Source: Vicugna vicugna
Taxonomy: Eukaryota
DNA length: 64,000 bases
Direction: 5' to 3'
Assembly: GCA_013265495.1 (NCBI GenBank)
Contig: MU058065.1
Span: 8,060,302-8,124,301, forward strand
The position numbers and the translations under genes are program-made. The notes below the pieces were generated by a model that ran no database searches, had not been told where the DNA came from, and saw only the letters and a list, made by a program, of their open reading frames with translations. Within the stretch, counting starts at the first letter, position 1. The number at the start of each line of letters is the position of its first letter. Below, in pieces: positions 1 through 11,355 of the stretch.

Positions 1-3000
1 CTAATCCGAGAATCAACTAGAAGGTAACCTGATAAATGGACCAGAGAGCAGTGATGCTCTCAAAGTCAGCCCTCAGGGTCAGACAGTGGGTAATTGAATG
101 CACCCTTACACTCAAGAATGCTGCAGGCACCTCTATGGGACTAATTTCCACGAAGCCCCCTAACCCAAAGGAGTGATGTGCCTAAAAAGTTTATTTTAAA
201 GCTCAGTGCTAAGGTAAACTAACAGAACCATCTAAGCTTCCCTTTTCCCTTTGCCTGCCAGGAAACTCAGTGGTCCAGTTAAGCCAAGAACAACTTCATA
301 ATTAGACCCTCATGTTCACAGCAGATGGGTTCTTCTTCCACCCTATTCTAATTCAGACTTCTGACCTCTAGTTTTGTCTTTGTAAGATCTTTTGAAACTA
401 TTACACAGGATTTTTTTTTTCCTCAAGCTTCCTCAAATACCTCACTGAAGGAATGGATGGCATCATCATTACTACAGAAAGAGACCCATCTCAGTGAACA
501 CTCTGATCATGAGTAGAAGGTAAGGAGACTGCAGGCAAAGACTCGAACACTGCCTGCCTCTGCCTGGTGGATTCGGACCATGGAGCCACACCCTCCAGAC
601 CAGCCCTGCCTCCAAGTCACAGTGCCCAGAGCCACACCGGGCTTGGTCCTAGAGTCAAGAACTGCAGGTCTCCAGTCTTCCAAGAGGGACCCAGGAGCAG
701 CTGCCCTCCAGTCCCCCATCTCCCCCTTCTAACACATGAGAGTGACTCAGCGAGAGTGGCTTAGCAGGGCCAGTTCTGAGTGTTCTGTCCAGAAAAGGCG
801 GGGGGGGGAGGTGCGGAAGGTAGTGGTGTTAGCAATCAATGACAGTGGGTCCCACTCTTTCCTCAAGACTATTTTACGACTTCGAACTCAGTATGCAAAT
901 TTATGCAAGACAAGATGCAAAGCAGCACTTGGAGCCAGAAGTCCCATTGCTTTTCTCCCTCTTCTTTGAAGCTGCACTGAACCACTGTAAATCAGCCCTC
1001 GCCTCTGCCCCTTTTAAACTCCCCCAGCAACTGCAGATGCAAAGCCTCCCCAAGCCCGCCCGCCGGCCCGCCAGCCCGCTTGCCCTGGGACTTTGAATGA
1101 CTGCACATTTCTATAGCACCTTTATAAGTGCAGCGGGCCAGACAGCCACTTGGGCGACTCCGCCCCTCGGCATAATCCCCGGCATTGTACACCGCAGAGA
1201 AGGAGGCAGGGGAGATGCTGAAGGAGCCAGTCCAGCACAGCCGAGGCCCGGAATTCTGAAAGGGCCCAGACTGGCCCAGGCCTGCTTCCACTTCTTCCCC
1301 TACCATTTCTAGGCACTTCTGCCCACTCTGCCATCAAACACACCCACACATTTCTCAGGTCCAGACTTCACGCAGATCTCAGGGTCCCCCTCCCATTTTT
1401 CTCCAGGCCCACCCACTCCAACCCCTGGTCTGGGTTTCTTCGAACCAACATGTCCCTGCCCATCACCCCATGAGATGCGGGCTCAGCACCCGCTGATGTG
1501 CCCACCCCCACCCCCTGCATCCTAGCCATCCCGGGAAGCCAGCAACACAGCCCCTGAGTCCAGGGAACAAAGACAAAAGAGCTAACAGCAAAGCCGGAAC
1601 TGCTGGGGTTTGCTGCCTCGAAATAAGAGGATATGTTTAAAATTCTCAAAAGCAACCTGTTCAAAGAGGAATGCAGGCTGGGATGGGGGGGGGGGCTCAT
1701 TCATCAAAGGGGGAAGAAGAAATGGGTAATGGAGGAGGCAGCAGCTAAGGTCTCATCTGGGCCACCGTCTGCACGAACACCCCACCCCCGCATTCTCCAC
1801 GCAGCACCCCCACCCTTGCCCCCTGTCTGAGACCCTCTCCTGCACAGAAGCCTCAAAACTTGCCCTTCTCTCTTCCCTGAGCCCCCACAAGCCCAGACTT
1901 CTCCCCACGGGGCCCCCCTTCCCCCAGTTCTACTCACACCTCAGACACCCTGCTCTTGGCACTTCTTTCCAAGGGGTCCATTCCAGTTTCCATCCCCCTT
2001 TGCCCCTCCCCTATCCACCCACCTGGGTGCCCCTCTTCCCAGGGAAGGCGGCTGTCTGGCCATTGGGAGCAGGCTAAGGAGGCAGCTGGGGCTAGCTGGC
2101 GGAAAGGAGTCCCACAACCAGGCAGAAAATCCAGAGTGACATTCTTCCCATGAACTCAGCCCATTGTCCCCAAGCTCCCCTGACAACTCTCCCCTTCAGA
2201 TTCTTGGGAGGAGTGAATGGGAGAATTTCCCGCATCTGCTCCCTCTGAAGACCCTAACCTGCCTCCGGGGCTTGGGAGGCAGGAGAGAAGGTTTATTCAG
2301 GCAATGAGAGGAATGAAGAGTGAAAAAAATACTAAAACATTTAGGAAGGACGTGTCTTACGCACTTGAGTAAAGCAGTCAAGATCCAAACGGTTCTATGA
2401 ACTTGGAGGCCTTTTGAACCAGAGTTCACCCTGCTGAGGCAGATGTTTAGTTTGTCAGAGTTCAGCTCAGAAACCACAATACCTCCCTGGAGGACCACGG
2501 GGTGCGAGGGGGCGATGGAGGAGGAATGCAGGATCGGGGGGTGGGATGGGAGCCCCCCACTGAAAGGATCTCTTCTGAGTCTTATTCCTCTTATGATTAC
2601 TCTCTAAGAGAAGCAGAGGGAAGGGTTAACTTCGAGGCAGGCTGGGTAGGGAAGCCACAGTGAGAAGAAAGGGGCTGAGGGGTTCCGCTTGGAGGAAGCC
2701 TTCCTAACTCTCTGTGCACTCAAGGTCAAAATGCACCAGAAAAAAGATTCCAACTCCCACCCCTACTGTATTCTCAAGGAGAACGGGAGAAAAAAACAAT
2801 CGCAGGCTAAAGGAAGGGGAGGGAGGGGTCGAGGGGGGAGGGGGTCAAGACGTTGTACAAAGCGAAGAAGCAAGCAAGAATGTTCTCACTTTTTCTTTTC
2901 TTTCTTTCCTTCTTTTCCTTTTTTTTTTTCCTCTTAAGTTAGAGAAACTTGGTCTGACTCGCTTGCTTTTTCAACAACATCAGCGGGCAGTGGACACATT

Positions 3001-4104
3001 ACACCAGTCTCCCAGAGTAAAGAAAATAATTACAGCTTCTCCAGACCACTGGGGCAGGCGGCTTTTATAATTTAAAAAACAAAAAGCCAACAATACCAAA
3101 CACGTGAAATCTCTATAGCCTGGTGGTGTCCCTCAAAAACCTTGTTTGTGGAAGATGAGGGCCCCTTACAACGACTCTCAGGGCCCCCATTCTATGGTAT
3201 AGGAGGAGCTCCCTCAAATTAGGATGGGGTGGGGGGTAACACACTCCAGTAAGGGAAGTTGCCTCCCGGCCCAGGCATCCTCCTGCTGGCAGCCCGGAGG
3301 CCCAGATCCTAAACTGAACAGCATGACTGCCCCCCCTCCACTCCCCGCCCCGCACTGCAGCCGGCGACCCGGCTTAAGTTACACTGACTCAAAGGCTGGG
3401 GTCTCTTGCTCGCCTCCCAAATGCCCTTCTTCTATTGTTTCACTCAACATAAAAGAGCCCTCGTCCTCTTTGTAAAAGAGCAGCGTTCCTCTTTATTTTT
3501 CCCCTAAGCAGTCCACCCTACAAAGTAACAATTCTTTTCTTTCCACCTCACAATCCCAGAAGGAAGGGACTTCAATGGGCCGCTGCCTTCTCCTAGCGCC
3601 CCCTTCTCACCAGAGGACCTTGGTTTTCACCGGTACCCGCCATCCTCCTCCCCCTCCAGCAGCGTCCTCCACCAGGACCTCTCCAGGAATCTTCGGTCGG
3701 CGGTCACCGGCTCCAGCTGTACCCTAAATAAGCTTCAAGCTCCTACTCTCACCGATCTGACCAATACCCTCCTCCCCAGCAAATCCCCCTCCAAAACTGA
3801 AGTCCGGGTACGTTCCATCGGGAAAGCTTACGGTAACAGGGATGACTTCCCTCTCCGCATTATTCCCCACCAAATAAGTAGCTGGGGCCCTTCCTCATGG
3901 TCGAATTCCAGTTCCCCTCCCCGGGCCTGACTTTCGGGTCCCTCCTCCCAACACTCCCCCAGAGCCGGTCCAGGACTCCGCTCTTCCTGCGACAAACGGT
4001 CTCTGAAGTCCCGCTGCACATTCCTTCCCTACAGAAGGGCCGCCAGCCAGGATCACCCAATGCCCTCCAAGTTTCTCCGAACTAGTTGTCCCAGCCCGCG
4101 TTAC
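1..4104 (-). other. IGFBP2: IGFBP2 intron 1 (5' part; continues beyond the window's left edge)
   Basis: Follows the exon 1 donor. No exon 2-4 sequence recognised in the window; IGFBP2 intron 1 is known to be long. Confidence 0.9.
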
Positions 4105-4549
4105 CTGCAACCTGCTCGGGGCTGGCGCCGTACTCGGCATCGCGGCGCTTTTCGCAAGTGCCCTCGCCCAGGACCAGCGCCTGAAGGGGCAGCTCGGAGC
4201 CCGGGTGGGGATAGCAGCGCAGCCCCTGCGCGCAGCGCGGGGTGTACACGCCGCACCGCTCGCTCTCCAGCCGGGCGCACACGGAGCAGCAGCCGCAGCC
4301 CGGTTCGCGGACCAGCTCGCAGGGCACGCGGGCGTCGCCGGCCGGCCCGGCCCCGGCGGCGGGAGGCGCGGCAGGCGGGGGCTTGCAGGCGGCCAGGCTC
4401 TCGGGCGTGCAGGGCGGGCAGCGGAACAGCACCTCGGCGCGCGCCCCGCGGTCGCCACCGCCCGCGCCCAGCAGCAGCAGCAGCAGCAGCAGCGGCGGCG
4501 GCGGCGGCGGCAGCAACGGCAGCGAGGGGCCGCCCAGTCTCGGCAGCAT
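4105..4549 (-). CDS. IGFBP2: IGFBP2 coding exon 1: signal peptide plus N-terminal IGF-binding domain (148 codons + 1 nt, phase-1 donor)
   Basis: ATG at 4549 in Kozak context gccgccaacATG. Translates [50 protein letters not shown]...GCGCCSVC...[12 protein letters not shown]...ASPEQVA, with 12 Cys and the GCGCCxxC IGFBP motif. Donor CAG|GTAA with GT at 4104-4103. Confidence 0.97.
4469..4510 (-). repeat. (CTG)8 poly-Leu and (CCG)6 poly-Pro repeats in the IGFBP2 signal peptide
   Basis: Plus strand (CAG)8 at 4469-4492 then (CGG)6 at 4493-4510. Confidence 0.95.
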
Positions 4550-4980
4550 GTTGGCGGCGGTAAGCGCGACGGCGGCGAGCGAACGGGCAGGTGGCACGGC
4601 CCTGCGAGCGCGGGAGCCGCCTCCTCCGCTTCTTTCTCCTCCCCCGCAGCCGCAGCCGGGTCCTAAAGGGCCCTGTTCTCCCCGCCCCCTGCCTTCTCCC
4701 CTCCCCCTTTTGGAGACCACCCCCTTCCCTCGGCACTCTCGCGCGCTGGCCTGTGCGTGCGCGCACGCCCACTCACCCATCCCCACTTCCTTGCCTGCTG
4801 CGTGGGTCTCCGGTTCCCTCTGGCCTCTGTCCCTCCACTCACTTCTACCCCGGGCTCCCTGACTCCCGGAGGATGAGAGTAACTTGGGAGTTTGGATAGG
4901 ATTGGCGCGGGAGTGGAGAAGAGTGCGTGCTTTTGTCTCCTGTTTTCGGTTCAGTTCGGAAGGACTTCGTTTGCGTGCTT
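4550..4980 (-). promoter_or_regulatory. IGFBP2: IGFBP2 5'UTR and TATA-less GC-rich core promoter
   Basis: GC box GGGGCGGG at 4681-4688 (minus) and purine-rich G tracts at 4690-4730; no canonical TATA. TSS probably ~4640-4665 (inferred). Confidence 0.75.
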
Positions 4981-6227
4981 CCCGTGTGGCCGGCACTGGG
5001 CTAACTGCTGGGGGAATGCAGAGGGCGTAAGGCATAGTCTTGACCTTCAAGTCGATTTCAAGCCACTCCCATTAACTCCTTACATCCTCAGGTTTTCACC
5101 CATTGCTGACATCTTGCTTGGGCCAGTGACTTCGGAGTCTGGAGGCTACTCACATCCTCTAGACCAGCCTACCCCAAACAGCCCCTCTTAGGGACCATTG
5201 CAACTTCTCAACCCTGCGAGCATCTGGCAACATATAAGTACCTGAAATGAAATTTCTGGACTCAGAAACCTGCTGTCTTCTTCTCCTACTCTGCGCGCCC
5301 CCTCCAAAGTAATCCTTTGGGGACCTAGGCCCCCACCCACAAATCTCGAGGCATTTGCTGCAGGACAGATCCCAGCCACGGTGCTTCAGGGGTCTTGGAG
5401 AGATTAGATCAGCCTTCCAGGTATGGGAGAATGCTCTGGGGTAAAGTCATTTAAAGCTCTCTTCAACAAATGCAGATGGAGAAGAATGGCCTCCCTTCTC
5501 TGTCCTGTTTGATTTACTGAATTATAGATCCAGTCTGTCCCCAACTCCCCAAAATTCTAGGCTGGAAGCCACATTAATTACCACCCATCTTTCTGGGTTG
5601 TGGCCCTAATACAAATCATTGTCAGAGAGGTTCTCTTGGTGGGGGATGGACCATTAAGTTGCCTCCAGCCCAGGTTTAATTTCTCAATACCTCTGTGCCA
5701 CCCTTCCCCCGTCCAGGACTCTCCACTCCAGCTCTTTCTAACTTTAGGAATCCAAGACATTTATTCTACTGGACAGCTACTTACCAAGTGGCCACACGGC
5801 CCTGAAGCTGAGCTAGATGCCCCAGGAAGGCAAGTTCCTGATCTTAAGGAACTAGCAATGTCATGAAGGGAAGTTTGGTGAAATGAACAAAAACTAGTTG
5901 TCAGAGACTTTGAGGAGGAGAAATATTTAGATGGAGCGGTGATAGGGGTTTCATGAATCGATCAGAATTGAAATTGAAGCTTGGAATTCTACCAGGGAAA
6001 ATGCAGGGGACAGGGCGTGCAGCAGAAGAGCGAAATAGACAGAGCTGAGCTTCTGGAGATCACTGTGTCTTGCACAGATCTGACAGAATTAAGAAGAGAC
6101 AGGCATGGGGAGGCTGCTGGTCCCTCCTCCTTAGTGTGCCCTGGCTTTGTGCCAGCCTGGTAACATTTGTTTCTGTTAGTCTCACCAGCTAGAGTCTGAG
6201 CACCTTCAGAGCGGGAACCCTGTCTAG

Positions 6228-6548
6228 CATGACACTGTCTAATAAAAATCTGATGCAAACCACAAATGTGAGCCACATGTGCAATTTTCAGTTTTCTAGT
6301 AATCGTGTTAAAATACAGTAAAAAGAAACAGATGAAACCCATTTTAATATACTCTTTATTTACCTTAATATATTCAAAATATCTTTCAAGGTGTAATCAA
6401 TATTGAAAATCATTAGTGAGACATTCACCACTCCTTTTTTCATACTGGATCCTCAAGCTACGAGGTGTATTTTCAATTTGAACTAGCTGAAATTCAAATG
6501 CTGAACAGCCATATGTGGCAAGTAGCTGCCAGATTGGACAGAGAACAG
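6228..6548. mobile_element. MER33-like hAT-Charlie MITE inserted in an L2 3' end
   Basis: Ends ctgtctaata...ttggacag with internal agccacatgtg motifs. L2 tail (gtgcctggcacctagtagg...aataaat...tgaatga) resumes at ~6560-6615. Confidence 0.75.
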
Positions 6549-6758
6549 GTCTAAAATGTAGTGCCTGGCACCTAGTAGGCAGTCAATAAATATGTTGAAT
6601 GAGTGAATAAATGAAAAGTACTATCTCCAGAAATACTCTTGGCAGGGCCCCGATCTCACTTGCCATTGCAATGCCCAGCCGCTGAGGATGAAAGGTAGGG
6701 ATGAAGTTTTTAAGAGGGTAGGGGAGGCATCCATCCATCCATTCAGTCAGCTCATCAC

Positions 6759-6900
6759 TTTTTTTTTAATTTTTCTTTTTGGGTGGGGGAGATAATTAGG
6801 TCTATTTATTTACTTACTTTTTAATGGAGGTACTGAGGATTGAACCCAGGACCTTGTGGATGCTAAGCATGCACTATACCACTGAGCTACCTCCTCGCCC
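6759..6900 (-). mobile_element. tRNA-derived SINE (Vic-1-like, camelid)
   Basis: Minus strand: A box TAGCTCAGTGG, B box GGTTCAATCC, then A-rich tail. Confidence 0.85.
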
Positions 6901-7584
6901 TCCCCCGCACTTATCTTTCGAGATGTATTTTCCTTCCATCTCCTTTCAAGTTCTCGATGGCTTGGTCATGCACTAAGAGGTGAGCCAGCGAAGTGAGGCT
7001 AACTTGACAATTGTCAAGGGCACAGTGAGATCTCCCTTTCTGATGAGTCTGAAGACCCAATTATTTTCTCCTCATTCCTTGGTTAAGAGTAACCCTCCTC
7101 CCCATGTACACACTATGCACTCACCACCCACAACCCCATCTTTTTAAAGTCCTTTCCTAAGCATCCTGGGGTCCACAGTTCTACTCCAGAAAGGCCAGCG
7201 GCTGCTGAAGTGTCAATCACAGCACATCTTAGATGGACAGAAGTCTCAAGAAAAGGAGAGGCTTGACCAGGACCCAGACTGGTTACTGGCTGGCCTGGAA
7301 CTCCACCGCTTTGTACATCAGCGCAGATCCAGGGCCTGGAACAGTGCTTGGCACATAGAGAATGGATAAATATTGAGTGAACCCAGGTTCTCAACTCCTA
7401 GCCCCCTGCTTTGCCCACTATGCCTGGAGCATGCTTTCCTTTACATGTCTCACAAATTCCTCTGTAATGTCCTTAGGCCAGACAGCCTGTCTGTGCTGGG
7501 CACTGAGCAGTGAGGACTCGTTGAGAGACAGGGACAGGCTGAAACTGGTTTTCTCCCCTCCCCCTAATCCCTGCCATTTTCCAT

Positions 7585-7975
7585 TTGAAAAGTGTTTCAC
7601 AAACTCCACCCTCACAAGGTTTACCATAACTAAGTACCACCTGTAGGGTTATTTACATAATTTTTTAATGTAAGTCAATTGGCTTTTTTTTTTCCTTTTT
7701 TACTTAAAGCTATTTTTTTAAAAAAAACTTAGTATCACTACCATAAATGGAAAACCAGTATTGATGGCCATATATAGGTAGCAACTGTAAAAATAAACAT
7801 AACAAAAACAAAACAATGTCATTCAGTTCAAGTTGGATATAGTTGCTTACTGAAGCCTCTGAGGTTGGCATACTCTTCCTGGTTAACAAAGGATGAGCCG
7901 GTCTAAAGAGAAGTATTAAAGGCAAACCAGACCCAAGTTGAAAATTTTCTCCATTAAGTCATCAGGAGATGGAGA
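7585..7975. mobile_element. hAT-Charlie remnant (MER113-like)
   Basis: Characteristic ccataaatggaaaaccagta...aaaaataaa segment; a related copy at ~42820-43170. Confidence 0.55.
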
Positions 7976-7982
7976 GGAATAT

Positions 7983-8750
7983 TTTTTAAAACATTGTATT
8001 GAACATACATGCGAAAAAAAGTCCACATATCATAAACTTGAGAAATATTCACAAATCGGCCATCCCGTGTAACCAGGTGAAGAAAGAAAACACAGACGAC
8101 ACTCCGAAGACCCCTTCCTGCCCCCTTCCTTCCAGTGGTTACCTCCCCGCCAAGGGTAGCCATTACCCTGACTTCTACGAGCAGGGATGAGTGTTGCCCG
8201 TTTTTCACATTTCGCATAAATGAAAACATGCAATATGTAGCCTTTCTGTCTTGGGCTTCTTCGGCTCACCTTTACACTCATGAAATTTGTCCATAGCCTT
8301 GCATGTAGTCATTCGTTCCTTCTCATCGTCCAGTAGTAGTGGGTATTCATGGTCTGACTACACCACACTTTATCTCTCCATTCTACTGGTCATGGCCATT
8401 TGGCTCGTTTCCAGTTTTGACTCTTGTGAACACAGCCACTGTGAACCTCCCAGACACGTCATTTGTTGAGCATGTGCACACATTTCTGTTGCATTTCTAG
8501 CTAGGAGAGGAATTTCTGGATCGTGGGTATATCTGTGCTCAGCTTGGATAGCTACAGCCAGAAAGTTTTGCCAAATAAATGTAAGAATCGATACACCTGT
8601 CAGCTGTTTATGAGGGTTCCATCCTCGCCAACACTGAGCATTTTCCGTCTGTTCTCAAAGCACCCGTTCTGATGGGTATGTAGTTGTATCTGATTGTGGG
8701 TTTATTTTGCAGTTCCCTGATGACTGAAGAAGCTGAGCACTTTTTCATGA
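7983..8750 (-). mobile_element. Old L1 (L1ME-type) 3' portion
   Basis: Antisense L1 3'UTR/ORF2-end sequence (ttgcagttccctgatgactga...gagcactttttcat) with a T-rich left end. Confidence 0.75.
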
Positions 8751-9142
8751 TAGAATAGGAGGAATTTTAAAAGGGAATTGTGTCTTGAAACAAAATAGAC
8801 AAGAAGACCTCTGGCTTTTCTGACCTGATTCCTTGGTTGGAAACTCCACCAACCAAAATGAAAACTGAAGAATGTTCTCTGGGGTAACTAAGAGGCCAGG
8901 GCTACGTGCTTTGTGGTGATCCCCAAACAAGCCTTGGGTGCCAGGCCAATGACTTGATCTGATCACCACTGTCACTTTTTTCTTTAGAACATCTTAACCA
9001 AATACCTCTCGCCTGAGGCTAGCTGAGGCTTTTGTGCAGCCCTGTCCTTTAGAGGTTAAGCTGGATGACTCTAAAGTGACCAAATGGAGAGGACACAGAG
9101 GAAATGAATCAGATGAGAATGTGAGCCCTGGAGGCTGGCGGA

Positions 9143-9400
9143 GGAGTTAAGAGAAAGGGCTTTGTGGCCAGGCTGTCTGGACTCACGTCCAACTCCTCCC
9201 CTCACTGGCTTTGTCATTTGGGACAAGTAACTTCCCCTGTTTGAGCCTCAGTTTCCTCATCTACAGTAAGGGGGTGATAATAATGATACCTATTTCAGTG
9301 AGTTGCTGCAAAGAGTAAATGAAATAATCAAGGTGAAGTTCTTAGCGCTCTGCTTGGCATGCAGCCCTCAACAACAGAGAGGCGTGCTATTATTATTACC
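9143..9400 (+). mobile_element. MIR SINE
   Basis: Core gagcctcagtttcctcatct...ataataatgatacct with tattattatt tail. Confidence 0.8.
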
Positions 9401-10049
9401 TGAGGACAGGCCCGTGCCCTTGGCACTGGGCAGGAGGGGAGCATGAGGCTGAGAGTTCCCCAGTGTGCGGTCAGGAAGGTGCCCGTCTCTTCCTTGAACA
9501 CACCTGGGAAGGTGTTTTCAGGAGGAGGAATTCACCAAGCTTGATGGGAAGGGGTAGGAGGGATTCCTGGGTGTATAGTGAGGTGGGAAGGGGGCAGCCA
9601 GGTGCACAGAGCTTCCAGGATGCATAACAAGGAAGAACGAGAGGAAGACATCAGAGCACAGACACCTCCAAGGTCTGGAAGAAGGCATGGAACCAGCCAC
9701 AGGAATCCAGATCCAGAACCTTCTCCTGACTAACCTGCATGGCCAAAGCAACAGGCAATGAAGTGCAGTGACAAGAGAAAGAAAAGAACAAAACTAAGAG
9801 CAGTAGACCTGTACAGATACTTTCACGAGGGTCATTTCATTAATTCCTGTAAATGTCGTATGAGGCCCAGAGAGGTTAAGTAACCTACCTATGGTGTTCC
9901 AACTGGTATATAACAGAGTGCCCCTACCTTTCCACAACCCCAGGGGAGCCAGGAAACCAGAACTCAATTCACAATCAGCTGCTGACTTCAAGGTGTGTGG
10001 CCGCAGCTGCCTCCTCTGCCCCTCACAGCCCACGCTGCCTTTGCCCTTG

Positions 10050-10670
10050 TCTGGTTACTTCTCGATGTGAAACCAACCATCCCAAAGCTTAATTAAAACA
10101 ATCTTGTGTATCATCGATTGTGGTTCTGTGGATTGGCCAGACTCAGCTGAGTAATGGTCACATGGACTCTTCCTTGTGGTTAGAGTAGACAGAATCTGGG
10201 ACTTGGGTCATCCTGACTGGGCTGAGCATCTAAGAGTGATGCTCACTGTCCTGGACAGTAGTTGAGGCTGGCTGCTGACTGGCAGCTGAGCTGAGTGGTC
10301 TACACCTTCCCTATGGCTTCTCCACATAGTTTGGGCTTCTCAGAGCACGGTAGCTGGGTTTCAAGGGGGAGTGTCCCAAGAGCAAGCATTCCAAGAGGCC
10401 AGATGGAAGTTGCAAGGCATCGTAGCATCCGTTAGTCCCACAGTATCACTTCCCCTGCATTCTACTGGTCAAACAGTCCCCAAGCAGGGAGAGTAATAGC
10501 TCAGTGGTAGAATGCATGATTAGCATGCACGAGGTCCTGGGTTCAATCCCCAGCGCCTTCAATAAGAAAAAAAAATAATAATGAAATAAAATAAATTTAA
10601 AAACAAAACAAACAAAAAGCAATCACCAAGCCATCTCATCTTCAAGGGAGTGAGAAACGGCAGGTAGAAC
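10050..10670 (-). mobile_element. MaLR MLT1-type LTR interrupted by a Vic-1-like SINE
   Basis: Antisense MLT1 motifs (gggcttctcagagcacggtagctggg; tcacttcccctgcattctactggtcaaa) flank the SINE. Confidence 0.65.
10487..10617 (+). mobile_element. tRNA-derived SINE (Vic-1-like)
   Basis: TAGCTCAGTGG...GGTTCAATCC, A-rich tail, degenerate TSD aaacagtccccaagc / aagcaatcaccaagc. Confidence 0.85.
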
Positions 10671-11111
10671 AGAAGATACTGTTCCAGCCCCCCCCCCCGA
10701 CCAGGAAGCATAAAGGGCACGGCCTGCACCTCCTCCCACTGATGAGAAAAGCATCTGCACACAAGCCAGGCTGTCAGTCCTGCACCCTCTGCTTCTCAAA
10801 CTGCCGGTCAGTCCCTGGGGAGAAAGAGGCACCCTGCTCTCCAGAGGCAGGCTAATGGGAATAAAATGAATCAACGCCTTTCCTTCCACTGGCTCACCCC
10901 CTCCCTCTGAGGCTCACTTACAAAGAGCGCAGTGGGGCTCCAAGCCCCAGGTAGAGGTGATAGCTGTTCAACAAATCTCAATCCTCCTCTTGTGGGAGGT
11001 TGATGAGATCAAGGTACCGTGGAAATCCTTGTTGGGTTTGGGACTTTGGGATCCATTGCATCTGAAGGAGTGGTGTTGAGCAGAGCTTCCCTCAGCCCGA
11101 ATTCTCCATAT

Positions 11112-11355
11112 CAGGGTTCGGGAAACTTTTTTAGTAAAATTCCAAAACAAAACAAAACCCTGTGGTAAATATTTTAGGCATTGCAGGTTTCATATGGTCT
11201 CTGTCACAACTACTCACTCATCTCTGCCATTACAGCCCCAACGCAGCCAAAGATGACATTCAAACAAACACGCGTAGCTATGTCCCAATTACGTTTTGTT
11301 TACAAGAACAGAGGCCAGAATTGGCCCGAGGTCCGCAGGATGCCAACCTCCCACA
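11112..11355. mobile_element. MER58A-like hAT MITE
   Basis: gtaaatattttaggc...tatggtctctgtcacaactactca...ttggcccg motifs. Confidence 0.7.

Larger units (their letters stand above)
3660..5030. promoter_or_regulatory. CpG island covering the IGFBP2 promoter, exon 1 and start of intron 1
   Basis: Very high GC and CpG density versus flanks; edges approximate. Confidence 0.9.

Noticed and set aside
1446..1455. p53-like half-site CAACATGTCC in intron 1
   Set aside because: Single imperfect decamer without a convincing adjacent partner.
3895..4899. Overlapping and antisense ORFs (167, 153, 206, 187, 223 aa) with poly-Ala/Gln/Ser
   Set aside because: Alternative frames of the CAG/CGG repeats in a CpG island; no independent evidence.
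4082..5050. 322-aa ORF suggesting an N-terminally extended IGFBP2 (in-frame ATGs at 5035 and 4780)
   Set aside because: The extension lies in stop-poor GC-rich promoter DNA upstream of the probable TSS, and the ORF also runs past the splice donor. ATG 4549 has a good Kozak context and starts the signal peptide.
10487..10560. tRNA-Ala-like genes (also 6820-6900 and 52398-52470)
   Set aside because: Mismatched stems, A-rich tails and TSDs identify them as SINEs.
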